DNA of 64,000 nt. Origin: an uncultured Acidobacteriota bacterium. GTDB lineage: Bacteria > Acidobacteriota > UBA6911. The translations under genes and the position numbers were made by a program. The stretch is from NCBI GenBank assembly GCA_963843575.1, contig CAWJKZ010000019.1, forward strand, positions 96,001 to 160,000. Reading direction: 5' to 3'. The notes beneath the pieces were generated by a model that worked only from the letters and a program-made list of their open reading frames with translations, was not told where the DNA came from and did no database searches. Below are positions 9,877 to 18,750 of the stretch, one piece after another (position 1 is the stretch's first letter; the number at the start of each line of letters is the position of its first letter).

Positions 9877-11439
9877 TCAGGGTTTCGATTCGAAATAATG
9901 CCGAATCCAGTGATCCAAAGCGGATTCCGGGTTGCGGACCACTTCAGCGGTGATCTCGAAGCGCGCCGGGCCGTGGTTTTTCCGGATCAGGTTCAGCCCG
10001 TGCTCGTAGTTCTTAAACGTCTCCTTGAACACGCTCTCCACGGTTTCGTTCGATTCGAGTGCCTTATCTGCGAGCAGCCTCGCCGCTTCCGGGTCCATGA
10101 CGATCTCGAGGCCGAAGCGTTCCGACCAACTCTCCACGAGCTTTTTCAGCCGCCCCTGCATTTCCCGCCAGCGGTCGGCTCGGGAAGCCTCGAGCAACCG
10201 GTCGAGCACCTGTGCGGGAGCGTCGACCACGTCGGCGGTGAGCTCGAAGTCCACGACTCCCGAGTCGGGCAACTGATATTTGAACTCCCGGAACACGCGC
10301 TCGCACACTCCGACGAGACTCCGGGCGCCAGTCCTCTCCTCGTACGCGATCTGGGCGATTCGGCGCAATCCGTCGTCGCTTGATCGCAACGTGATCCCAT
10401 ACGCCTCGAAGGCCTGCTCGTACTGGCGCAGGAGAGACCCTTCGGAGTGCTTCAGGATCTGAAATAGGTCATTCACTTCGAGCTGCTGGCACGTGACGAT
10501 GACCGGGAGGCGCCCTATGAATTCGGATTCGAACCCGAACTCTATGAAATCGCTGCTTTTTGCGGCCTGGAGGAAGTCCTCGCCGCGGGACGGGGCGCCT
10601 TCCCCGGAACCGAGAAACCCGATCCGCTTCGCCCCGACGCGCTTTCGAACGATTTCGGCAAGCCCATTGAAGGCTCCCGAGACGATAAAGAGAATGTGGC
10701 GGGTGTTGATTACTGACCGGCTGACCTTCCCCTTGCTCTGAAATTCCATTGCCGCCTGGAGCTGCGAGGTGAGGTCGAACGGCGTGCGCAGGCTGACTTC
10801 GGTCTCCTCCATTAGCTTGAGCAACCCGCGCTGAACTCCGCCGCCGCTGACGTCGCGTCCCAGCACGTTAGCCGGCGTCGCGATCTTGTCGATCTCGTCC
10901 AGGTAGATGATGCCGTACTCCGCCAGCCTGATGTCGCCGTCGGCTTTCTGGACGAGTTCGCGCACGAGGTCTTCCACGTCCCCGCCCACATAGCCGGTCT
11001 CGGAGAATTTCGTGGCGTCGGCCTTCACGAATGGGACCCCGATCAGATCGGCGATGGTGCGGACCAGGTAGGTTTTGCCCACGCCGGTCGGACCGACCAT
11101 GATGATGTTCTGCTTGGCGTACTCCTTGCATGGACCCTTGCTGGAGCAGCGCTTGATGTGGTTGTAGTGATCGCAAATCGCTGTAGCCAGGACCTTTTTA
11201 GCGCTTTCCTGCTGGATCACATACCGGTCCAGGTACTTCTTTATGTCACGGGGCAGGTGATCGAACTGCAGGTTGAGCGGCGTTTCTCTGGTCTCGGTTC
11301 CCTCGTCGGCGGTGCGGGCTTGGTCCGGCTGTGCACCCAGGACACCAAGCCGCACTCGATCGCCATACTTCCTGGTAAAAAACTCCTCCATGTCCTTGCG
11401 CAATTCGTCGGTATTCGGCCAGACGGGATCTTTGGACAA
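9877..11439 (-). CDS. ClpX-like AAA+ unfoldase lacking the N-terminal C4 zinc-binding domain, with a C-terminal extension
   Basis: GPTGVGKT, TGYVGGDVE pore loop, LDEIDK, RDVSGGGVQRGLLK, RIGF loop, EFIGRLP; TTG start 11439 after AGGAGG. Confidence 0.85.
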   Translation of the reverse strand: MSKDPVWPNTDELRKDMEEFFTRKYGDRVRLGVLGAQPDQARTADEGTETRETPLNLQFDHLPRDIKKYLDRYVIQQESAKKVLATAICDHYNHIKRCSSKGPCKEYAKQNIIMVGPTGVGKTYLVRTIADLIGVPFVKADATKFSETGYVGGDVEDLVRELVQKADGDIRLAEYGIIYLDEIDKIATPANVLGRDVSGGGVQRGLLKLMEETEVSLRTPFDLTSQLQAAMEFQSKGKVSRSVINTRHILFIVSGAFNGLAEIVRKRVGAKRIGFLGSGEGAPSRGEDFLQAAKSSDFIEFGFESEFIGRLPVIVTCQQLEVNDLFQILKHSEGSLLRQYEQAFEAYGITLRSSDDGLRRIAQIAYEERTGARSLVGVCERVFREFKYQLPDSGVVDFELTADVVDAPAQVLDRLLEASRADRWREMQGRLKKLVESWSERFGLEIVMDPEAARLLADKALESNETVESVFKETFKNYEHGLNLIRKNHGPARFEITAEVVRNPESALDHWIRHYFESKP

Positions 11440-11552
11440 CGAGGCGACCTCCTGACGGCCTGCTATGTTTCTGCAAAATATTAGCTTAGCGGACGTCCAG
11501 AGCAAAGTATGAGTGCTGGCGCGGCAAAAATCAACCGCCTGACGGGGAACCT

Positions 11553-12248
11553 CTAGCCGCGTCGCGCTTGGCGGCGGGGTATTTCGATCTTCTTGACCAG
11601 CGGTTTGGATCGTTTTCCGAGACCCTTGCCACGCCCAGCCAGCGATCGGAGCGGCCGGCCCGATTCCTGGTCGTGCGCCGGTTTATCCCTGGCGGGGGCC
11701 TTGGGCCGATTCATGGACCGGTCTGGGCGAGGGTGGGAGGGCGCGGCGGGCACCTGAACCTCGCGCTCGAACACCTGCATCAGATTCGCCGCCCGCTGCG
11801 TCAGCGCCGGGTCGCCGGAGAAGGGCTCTATAATCCGGGTGAGTCGCGCAACATGTGCCTTGACCATGATATAGAAGTCAAGCGCACGATCGGTCCACTC
11901 GGTACGCAGCACCCGTATCAGAGGAACATACGTCCGAAGGATCAGCGGTTCCTCAAACTCCAGCATACGGGTTAGGCAGTGCGTGAGCGCCTTGCTTTCC
12001 CAGGGTTGCGAGGCCTGTGGGGCTGACCACAATTCGAGGGCGGCATTCAGGGTAGCTTCGTCGGCCTTTAGCCGCGTCCAGAACGCAGCCGGCAGGCTCT
12101 TCAAACTGGCCGCCTGCCGCTCCAGGTCCCTGGACATCTCGATCCATGTTTCCCGGATCAGGTTGTTCTCGCTAAAGAACTGCGCCGCCTGCAGATAAGT
12201 ATCAGTACCCTTTTTTTGCAGCTTGGCGAGGGCGCCGGGAAGGCTCAT
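11553..12248 (-). CDS. hypothetical helical protein (possibly ferritin/rubrerythrin-like fold) with a basic disordered tail
   Basis: 231-aa ORF with amphipathic helices and a K/R-rich C-terminus; the fold call is inference. Confidence 0.6.
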   Translation of the reverse strand: MSLPGALAKLQKKGTDTYLQAAQFFSENNLIRETWIEMSRDLERQAASLKSLPAAFWTRLKADEATLNAALELWSAPQASQPWESKALTHCLTRMLEFEEPLILRTYVPLIRVLRTEWTDRALDFYIMVKAHVARLTRIIEPFSGDPALTQRAANLMQVFEREVQVPAAPSHPRPDRSMNRPKAPARDKPAHDQESGRPLRSLAGRGKGLGKRSKPLVKKIEIPRRQARRG

Positions 12249-12429
12249 ATCCCTGTTGCTCTATTGGTTTACTACTAAAGTAAAGTAATCCGATGACCAG
12301 CTTGCTTGCTACGGGGAGTTGCTAGAAAGTTCGAGTCTACCAACTCTTTCAGAAGGTGTAAAGTCCAATCTTCGTTTTTACTTATCCGGATTGTGAGCCG
12401 CATCCCTACAGTCACCTTCATTAATTCTA
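12249..12429 (-). promoter_or_regulatory. -10 box plus ~170 nt structured, AT-richer 5' leader (candidate cis-regulatory RNA)
   Basis: TAGAAT at 12424..12429 (minus); stems GAAGGTG/CACCTTC (12352..12419), CAATC/GATTG and GAGTTG-TAGA/TCTA-CAACTC (12316..12346). Confidence 0.4.
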
Positions 12430-12473
12430 CTCCCAGGGTCCAGTGTCAGGAAAGGGTGCCGGTGCGGCGGTCT

Positions 12474-13400
12474 TTACTCGACTGCCGGCTCGAGAAATGT
12501 GAGTTGGCGGTTGTCGCAGTCCAGCCTGACGTTTGTTCCGAGCGGCAGCACCCAGTTTCCCGGTCCGTGGCCTGCCGGAAACCCAGCCAGAACCGGCACT
12601 CCCAGGCGATCGAGCCGCTCGCGTAATGTATCTTCGACGGTCCACCCCGGGGCCGCCTCGCACTCGGCGAAGCTCCCGAGCAGGACGCCGGCCACTGCCT
12701 CCAGTTTGCCTGCCAAGTCTAGGTGGGTCAGCATGCGATCGAGCCGGTAGGCAGGTTCCCCAAAATCTTCCAGGAAAAGGATTTTGCCCTCGGTCTTGAT
12801 TTCGTACCGTGTGCCAATGCTTGCGGTCAGCAGCGACAGGCATCCCCCGGCAAGCCTCCCCTCGGCCACTCCCGGTACCCATGGCTTGAGTTCCGGGGAG
12901 CCGTAGCGGGGCAGATATCCGGGATCGGTCCAGAGCGACAGCAGGTGGTTCTCGCCCTCGCCCGAGAGATCGGCCAAGGCCGGGGAAACCATCATGGGAC
13001 CGTGCATCGTTACCCACCCGAAACGACGCCTGAAAAACAGGTGCAGCGTCGTCAAATCGCTGAATCCCATGAATACCTTGGGACTGCGGCGCAGCCTCGC
13101 CTCGTCGAGGAACGGGATCAGACGGGCGCAACCGTAGCCGCCCCGCAGCGGGAGTACGGCTCGCACCTCCCGGTCTTCGAAGCAATCCATCAGTTCGGCG
13201 GCGCGGTCGGCGTCCAGGCCCGCGAGGTAACCCCTGGATTCGAAGATCCGGTCGCTGTACTTCACCCGGAAGCCCAGTCTCTCGAGAACCGCCGCCCCGG
13301 CCAGAAACGCGTTCCGGCTTTCCACCGGCCCTGCCGGGGCGACGACCCCGACGGTATCTCCCGGTCTGAGTGCCCGGGGACGGATTGTAGGGATATCCAT
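12474..13400 (-). CDS. ldcA: LD-carboxypeptidase (peptidase S66)
   Basis: VVAPAG, RGGYGC, GFSDLT (Ser nucleophile), GGCL, FLEDFGE, GH. Confidence 0.9.
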   Translation of the reverse strand: MDIPTIRPRALRPGDTVGVVAPAGPVESRNAFLAGAAVLERLGFRVKYSDRIFESRGYLAGLDADRAAELMDCFEDREVRAVLPLRGGYGCARLIPFLDEARLRRSPKVFMGFSDLTTLHLFFRRRFGWVTMHGPMMVSPALADLSGEGENHLLSLWTDPGYLPRYGSPELKPWVPGVAEGRLAGGCLSLLTASIGTRYEIKTEGKILFLEDFGEPAYRLDRMLTHLDLAGKLEAVAGVLLGSFAECEAAPGWTVEDTLRERLDRLGVPVLAGFPAGHGPGNWVLPLGTNVRLDCDNRQLTFLEPAVE

Positions 13401-13526
13401 GAAAGCCTGCCTGATCTGCTCGCCCGGCGGTGTGATTTTTCACAACCCCCGCCCTGTTTTCCTTGTGGCTGCCGGCCGGGCCGTGCTTCATTATAGCTTC
13501 GCGCCAAAACAAGACGGGAGTTGCCG

Positions 13527-14144
13527 ATGCTCAACTATATCTGGCTCGCGCTGGTCATTGTTGCCGTAGTGCTCGGGGGAATCAACGGCAAAGTCGATGC
13601 GGTCACCAAGGCAGCGATCGACTCCGCCGGAAGTGCCGTCACCATTGCCATCGGGTTGATCGGGGTGATGGCCCTCTGGCTGGGGATAATGAAGATCGCC
13701 GAAGATTCCGGCCTCATGCGGCTGCTCGCCAAGGCCATCTCCCCCATCCTGCGGCGCCTGTTCCCCGAGGTGCCTCCCGACCACCCGGCCATGGGGAGCA
13801 TGATGATGAATATTTCCGCCAACATGCTTGGGCTGAGCAACGCAGCGACTCCCATGGGGTTGAAGGCGATGGAAGATCTCAACCGGCTGAACCGGCACCC
13901 GGGGGTGGCGACAAACGCCATGTGCACGTTCCTGACCGTCAACACCGCCGGGCTTCAGCTTGTCCCTGCCTCGATGATCAGCATCCTGGCTTCGGCGGGC
14001 TCGCGTGAACCCACGGCCATCATCGGCACCACCGTCGCCTCCACGATGGTGGCGCTGGTTGCCGGTGTGACGGTGGCGAAACTGCTCGAAAAGGTCCCGC
14101 TCTTTGCCGCCGACAGGGGTGCAAAACAGGAGGACCAGCCATGA
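13527..14144 (+). CDS. spmA: SpmA (nucleoside-recognition GATE domain membrane protein)
   Basis: MLNYIW, LWLGIMKIAE, ANMLGLSNAATPMGLKAM. Confidence 0.9.
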   Translation: MLNYIWLALVIVAVVLGGINGKVDAVTKAAIDSAGSAVTIAIGLIGVMALWLGIMKIAEDSGLMRLLAKAISPILRRLFPEVPPDHPAMGSMMMNISANMLGLSNAATPMGLKAMEDLNRLNRHPGVATNAMCTFLTVNTAGLQLVPASMISILASAGSREPTAIIGTTVASTMVALVAGVTVAKLLEKVPLFAADRGAKQEDQP

Positions 14145-14680
14145 TCCAGGAAACCGTCAGCGCCGTCTCACGCTGGGCCATTCCCTTCTTTCTCCTCGCG
14201 ATCCCTATTTACGGCGCCTGCCGGGGAGTGAAGGTGTACGAGAGTTTTGTCGAGGGGGCCAAAGAAGGTTTCCAGGTCGCGGTTCGCATCATTCCGTATC
14301 TCGTGGCCATCCTGGTGGCGGTGGGGATGCTGCGCAGCGCCGGTGCCATAGACATGCTGGCCCGGGGATTGGACCCGCTCCTGCGCCGCGTCGGCATGCC
14401 GGTTGAGCTTCTGCCGCTGGCCCTCATGAGGCCGCTCTCCGGCAGCGGTTCAATGGGCATCGTGACGGAGCTGGTGAAGACGCACGGGCCTGATTCCTTC
14501 CTCGCGCGATTGGCCGCTACCGCTTATGGGAGCACGGAAACGACATTCTACGTCCTGGCGGTGTACTTCGGATCCGTCGGGATCAAGAAGACGCGTCACG
14601 CCATCCTGTCCGGCCTGACCGCGGATGTCGTCAGCCTGATTGCCGCCATCATCGTGTGCCGGATGGTCTTCGGGTCGTGA
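14141..14680 (+). CDS. spmB: SpmB membrane protein
   Basis: VYESFVEGAKEG, RPLSGSGS, GSTETTFYVLAVYFG; ATGA overlap with spmA. Confidence 0.9.
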   Translation: MIQETVSAVSRWAIPFFLLAIPIYGACRGVKVYESFVEGAKEGFQVAVRIIPYLVAILVAVGMLRSAGAIDMLARGLDPLLRRVGMPVELLPLALMRPLSGSGSMGIVTELVKTHGPDSFLARLAATAYGSTETTFYVLAVYFGSVGIKKTRHAILSGLTADVVSLIAAIIVCRMVFGS

Positions 14681-14711
14681 GCGCTCTGCCGTAACTGTGC
14701 CGAAAGACAAC

Positions 14712-14813
14712 TGGGTCCGGGCTTCAGCCCCGACCCAGTTTGCGGTCGCTATTGAGTGCACACTTCACTAAATAATGCGATCAAAAGACGTCCGGGCTGA
14801 AGCCCGGACCCAC
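14712..14813 (+). repeat. REPIN family 1, copy A
   Basis: inverted pair of GTGG-GTCCGGGC-TTCA-GCCCGGAC REPs with inner motifs TTTGCGGTCGCT and GATCAAAAGACG; 28-nt core. Confidence 0.85.
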
Positions 14814-14978
14814 TTGTTTTTCGGGCAAGCCTCAGCCCGAACCCACGCCGGGCGGAAGGCGCGCTCGTTTTCCACCCGCTTGTTTCAATTATCCTTACCG
14901 AATCCGTCGCCCCGAGGTTATAATGCGCGGTCCAACACTGCCTTGGCGTGAAGCTCAGGCCCCCGCGCAGAGGATCCT

Positions 14979-15215
14979 ATGAGAATCCGAAGGAAGCTGC
15001 CGGCCGGGGGCGGCCAAGGGCCTGCGGGCCGGGCCTGGCTGGGATGGCTGCAGCAGGCCACAAGCCTGGTGTACCTGGTCGGGGGACTGTTCCTGATCTA
15101 TCAATACTGGCGGAGGCTGCATCGGCAGCTGGTGCTGGTCGTCGGAATACTGTTCGTGGCCTACAGCATTTATCGCTTTTTTCTCGTTCGGCGCACCATG
15201 CGAAGGCCGAGGTGA
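14979..15215 (+). CDS. small two-TM membrane protein (hypothetical)
   Basis: 78 aa with two hydrophobic segments and basic termini; TATAAT at about 14919; directly upstream of hppA. Confidence 0.5.
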   Translation: MRIRRKLPAGGGQGPAGRAWLGWLQQATSLVYLVGGLFLIYQYWRRLHRQLVLVVGILFVAYSIYRFFLVRRTMRRPR

Positions 15216-15265
15216 AGAGTGGCGTTCGCGGGCGCATTCATAAATCGTTCAGGAGACAAGTCGAA

Positions 15266-17710
15266 ATGAAAAGGATCGTACCCTGGTATGTATCTGGTTT
15301 TCTTGTAGCTGCGCTGCTGATCGCTCCAATGGCCGTCGCCCAGGTCCAGCAGCAGGAACAGGCGGCGGTCACCCACTCGGGGGGTGAGGCGAGTCTGGTG
15401 CTCCCCGATCTTTCACAAGTGTCGTTCCACGGCGTCAACGCCCGCACGTTGCTGAAGGTGGGCATCGGGGTGTGCGCGCTCGGACTGCTCTTCGGTCTCA
15501 TTATTTTCACGCAGTTGCGGGGCCTTCCCGTCCACAGCTCCATGCGCGAAATCTCCGAGTTGATTTACGAGACCTGCAAAACGTACCTGATCACCCAAGG
15601 CAAGTTCATCCTGCTGCTTGAGTTGTTTATCGGCGTGATCATGATCTTCTACTTCGGGGTGCTGCAGCACTTCGATGCCATGCGCGTCGTCATCATCGTC
15701 ATCTTCAGCCTTATCGGCATCGGCGGGAGCTACGGGGTGGCGTGGTTCGGCATCCGGGTCAACACCTTCGCCAACTCCCGGACCGCTTTTGCCAGCCTGC
15801 AGGGGAAGCCGTATCCGATTTACGTCATCCCGCTGAAGGCCGGCATGAGCATCGGGACGATGCTCATCAGCGTCGAGCTGTTCATGATGCTCTGCATCCT
15901 GCTTTTCATCCCGGGCGATTACGCCGGCCCCTGTTTCATCGGGTTTGCGATCGGCGAGTCGCTGGGCGCGGCCGCCCTGCGTATCGCGGGCGGCATCTTC
16001 ACCAAGATCGCGGACATCGGTTCGGACCTGATGAAGATCGTCTTCAACATCAAAGAAGACGATGCCCGCAACCCCGGCGTGATCGCGGATTGCACCGGCG
16101 ACAACGCGGGCGACTCGGTCGGGCCCACGGCCGACGGCTTCGAAACCTACGGGGTCACGGGTGTCGCGCTCATCACGTTTATCCTGCTGGCCGTCCTGCA
16201 GCCGATTGTTCAGGTTCAGCTGCTGGTCTGGATCTTCGCCATGCGTATCATGATGATCATAGCTTCGGGGCTCTCCTACCTGATCAACGAGGGGCTCGCG
16301 AAGGCCCGATACAGCAACGCCACCCAGATGAACTTCGAATCCCCGTTGACGGTTCTCGTGTGGATTACATCGATTGTGTCCGTTATTCTGACCTACGTCG
16401 TGTCCTACCTGCTCATCTCGGACCTCGGCGACGGGACGCTCTGGTGGAAGCTGTCGACCGTGATCACCTGCGGCACCCTGGCTGGGGCCGTGATTCCTGA
16501 ACTCGTCAAGGTTTTCACCTCGACGGAATCGCGCCACGTGCGTGAGGTCGTGACCTCTTCGCGCGAAGGCGGCGCCTCGCTGGGCATCCTGTCCGGGTTT
16601 ATCGCCGGCAACTTCAGCGCCTATTGGATCGGCCTGGCGATCGTCGCCCTGATGGGAACGGCGGCCGCAGTGTCGAGCCTGGGCTTCGGCGCCCTGATGC
16701 ACGCTCCCGCGGTCTTCGCATTCGGGTTGGTCGCCTTCGGGTTTCTCGGGATGGGCCCGGTGACCATCGCGGTCGACTCCTACGGCCCGGTGACCGACAA
16801 CGCCCAGTCGATCTTCGAGCTGTCCGTGATCGAACAGATCCCCGGAGTTAAGGAGCAGATCAAGAAGGAACACGGCTTCAACGTCGATTTTGAGACCGCG
16901 AAGCACCTCCTCGAGCAGAACGACGGCGCCGGCAACACCTTCAAGGCGACCGCGAAGCCTGTGCTCATCGGCACGGCGGTGGTCGGCGCCACCACGATGA
17001 TCTTCTCGATCATCGTCATGCTGACCCACGGTCTCACCCTGAATCTCGACAAGCTCTCTCTCCTCCACCCGCAGTTCCTGCTCGGCCTGATCTGCGGTGG
17101 CGCGGTGATCTACTGGTTCACCGGTGCGTCCACGCAGGCGGTGAGCACGGGGGCCTACCGGGCGGTCGAGTTCATCAAGGCGAATATCCGGCTCGAGAGT
17201 ACCGAGAAGGCGTCGGTGTCGGACAGCAAGAAGGTGGTGGCCATCTGCACCAAGTATGCGCAGAAGGGCATGTTCAACATCTTCATGACGGTGTTCTTCT
17301 CGACACTGGCGTTTGCCTTCTTCGAGCCCTACTTCTTCATCGGCTACCTTATTTCCATAGCGCTCTTCGGCCTGTTCCAGGCGATCTTCATGGCCAACGC
17401 CGGAGCCGCGTGGGACAACGCAAAGAAGATCGTCGAGGTCGAGTTGAAGGAGAAGGGGACACCGCTGCACGCGGCCACAGTTATATGCGACACGGTGGGC
17501 GACCCGTTCAAAGACACTTCCTCGGTGGCGATGAATCCCGTGATCAAGTTCACCACGTTGTTCGGTCTGCTGGCCGTCGAGCTCGCGGTCAAACTGACCA
17601 CCGACGCCGGGTCGGCGGTCAGCCTGACGCTCTCGGCCATATTCCTGCTGGTGGCGTTTTTCTTCGTCTACCGCTCGTTCTACGGCATGCGCATCAAGTC
17701 GGGCGGATAG
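15266..17710 (+). CDS. hppA: membrane-bound ion-pumping pyrophosphatase, K+-independent long/divergent type
   Basis: GGIFTKIADIGSDL, EDDARNPGVIADCTGDNAGD, DSYGPVTDNA, GNTFKA (Lys = K+-independent), DTVGDPFKD; AGGAG SD. Confidence 0.93.
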   Translation: MKRIVPWYVSGFLVAALLIAPMAVAQVQQQEQAAVTHSGGEASLVLPDLSQVSFHGVNARTLLKVGIGVCALGLLFGLIIFTQLRGLPVHSSMREISELIYETCKTYLITQGKFILLLELFIGVIMIFYFGVLQHFDAMRVVIIVIFSLIGIGGSYGVAWFGIRVNTFANSRTAFASLQGKPYPIYVIPLKAGMSIGTMLISVELFMMLCILLFIPGDYAGPCFIGFAIGESLGAAALRIAGGIFTKIADIGSDLMKIVFNIKEDDARNPGVIADCTGDNAGDSVGPTADGFETYGVTGVALITFILLAVLQPIVQVQLLVWIFAMRIMMIIASGLSYLINEGLAKARYSNATQMNFESPLTVLVWITSIVSVILTYVVSYLLISDLGDGTLWWKLSTVITCGTLAGAVIPELVKVFTSTESRHVREVVTSSREGGASLGILSGFIAGNFSAYWIGLAIVALMGTAAAVSSLGFGALMHAPAVFAFGLVAFGFLGMGPVTIAVDSYGPVTDNAQSIFELSVIEQIPGVKEQIKKEHGFNVDFETAKHLLEQNDGAGNTFKATAKPVLIGTAVVGATTMIFSIIVMLTHGLTLNLDKLSLLHPQFLLGLICGGAVIYWFTGASTQAVSTGAYRAVEFIKANIRLESTEKASVSDSKKVVAICTKYAQKGMFNIFMTVFFSTLAFAFFEPYFFIGYLISIALFGLFQAIFMANAGAAWDNAKKIVEVELKEKGTPLHAATVICDTVGDPFKDTSSVAMNPVIKFTTLFGLLAVELAVKLTTDAGSAVSLTLSAIFLLVAFFFVYRSFYGMRIKSGG

Positions 17711-17775
17711 CCTCAGTGTTCGGGCCGGGCCGCGGTCGCGCACCGGGGCCCGGCCCGGGTCTTTCCGGAGGCCCT

Positions 17776-18744
17776 ATGAGTCGGATGCGACGCAGCCTCA
17801 CCGTCGTGCTCCTGCTGGCGCTGGTGGCCGGATTTTCCTGCAGGAAAAATGACAAGCTCGTGATCGCGGTGGTGCCCAAGAGCCAGGCGCACATCTTCTG
17901 GCAGACGGTTCATGCCGGGGCGGCCGCCGCGGCGCAGGAGTTCGGGGTGGAGATCCGCTGGAACGGCCCCGCCTCGGAGATCGACTTCAGCCGCCAGATC
18001 AACATCGTGGAGGACTTCATCAACCAGCGCGTGGACGGGATCGTGCTGGCCCCGACGCACGGCGAATCGCTCGTTCCTATCGTCGAACGCGCGGCGCAGG
18101 AGAAGATCCCGGTCGTGATTTTCGACTCGGGCATCCAAACCGAGAAATATCTGACCTACGTCTCGACCGACAACTACAAAGGCGGCGGACTGGCGGCGGA
18201 ACGGTTGGGGTTGCTGATCCCGGCCGGCGACATCGCCATCCTCGCCACGATTCCCGGAAGCGTGTCGACCGCCGAACGGGAGAACGGGTTCCGCGAGACC
18301 CTCGCCCGCAAGTTCCCAAGCCTCCAGGTGGTCGACTTCCAGTACGGCATGTCGGATCGGGCCAAGACCCTCGCGGTCGCCGAGGACATGCTCGCGGCGC
18401 ACCCCGGCCTCTCCGGCCTGTTCTGCAGCAACGAGTCGGGCACCGTCGGGGCGGTCCAGGCGGCCAAGTCCAAGGGAATGGCGGGCAAGCTCAAGATCGT
18501 TGGCTTCGACACCTCCCCGACCCTGATCGAGGACCTGCAGGCGGGCAACATCGACTCGCTCGTGGTGCAGAATCCGTTCCGCATGGGGTACCTGGGCGTG
18601 AAGGCGATCGTCGACAGGCTGAATGGCAAAACCCCGGAAAAGCGCATCGACACCGGGGCCACGCTCGTCACCTCCTCCAACCTGCAGGAACCGGCCATCC
18701 AGGACCTGGTGAATCCGCCGATCGACAAGTACCTGAAGAAGTAA
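17776..18744 (+). CDS. sugar ABC transporter substrate-binding lipoprotein (RbsB-like)
   Basis: lipobox-like VAGFSC; periplasmic binding fold motifs FWQTVHAG, DNYKGG, VGFD, VQNPFRMGY. Confidence 0.88.
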   Translation: MSRMRRSLTVVLLLALVAGFSCRKNDKLVIAVVPKSQAHIFWQTVHAGAAAAAQEFGVEIRWNGPASEIDFSRQINIVEDFINQRVDGIVLAPTHGESLVPIVERAAQEKIPVVIFDSGIQTEKYLTYVSTDNYKGGGLAAERLGLLIPAGDIAILATIPGSVSTAERENGFRETLARKFPSLQVVDFQYGMSDRAKTLAVAEDMLAAHPGLSGLFCSNESGTVGAVQAAKSKGMAGKLKIVGFDTSPTLIEDLQAGNIDSLVVQNPFRMGYLGVKAIVDRLNGKTPEKRIDTGATLVTSSNLQEPAIQDLVNPPIDKYLKK

Positions 18745-18750
18745 GGCACC

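Noticed and set aside
13527-14680. spmAB as evidence of sporulation
   Set aside because: SpmAB homologues are widespread in non-sporulators; there are no other sporulation genes, and outer-membrane-associated genes are present.
15413-17743. Long antisense ORFs (e.g. 15413..17743, 3486..5672, 47805..49469, 51786..55643)
   Set aside because: They are shadow frames of real genes caused by high GC3 and carry no recognisable motifs.
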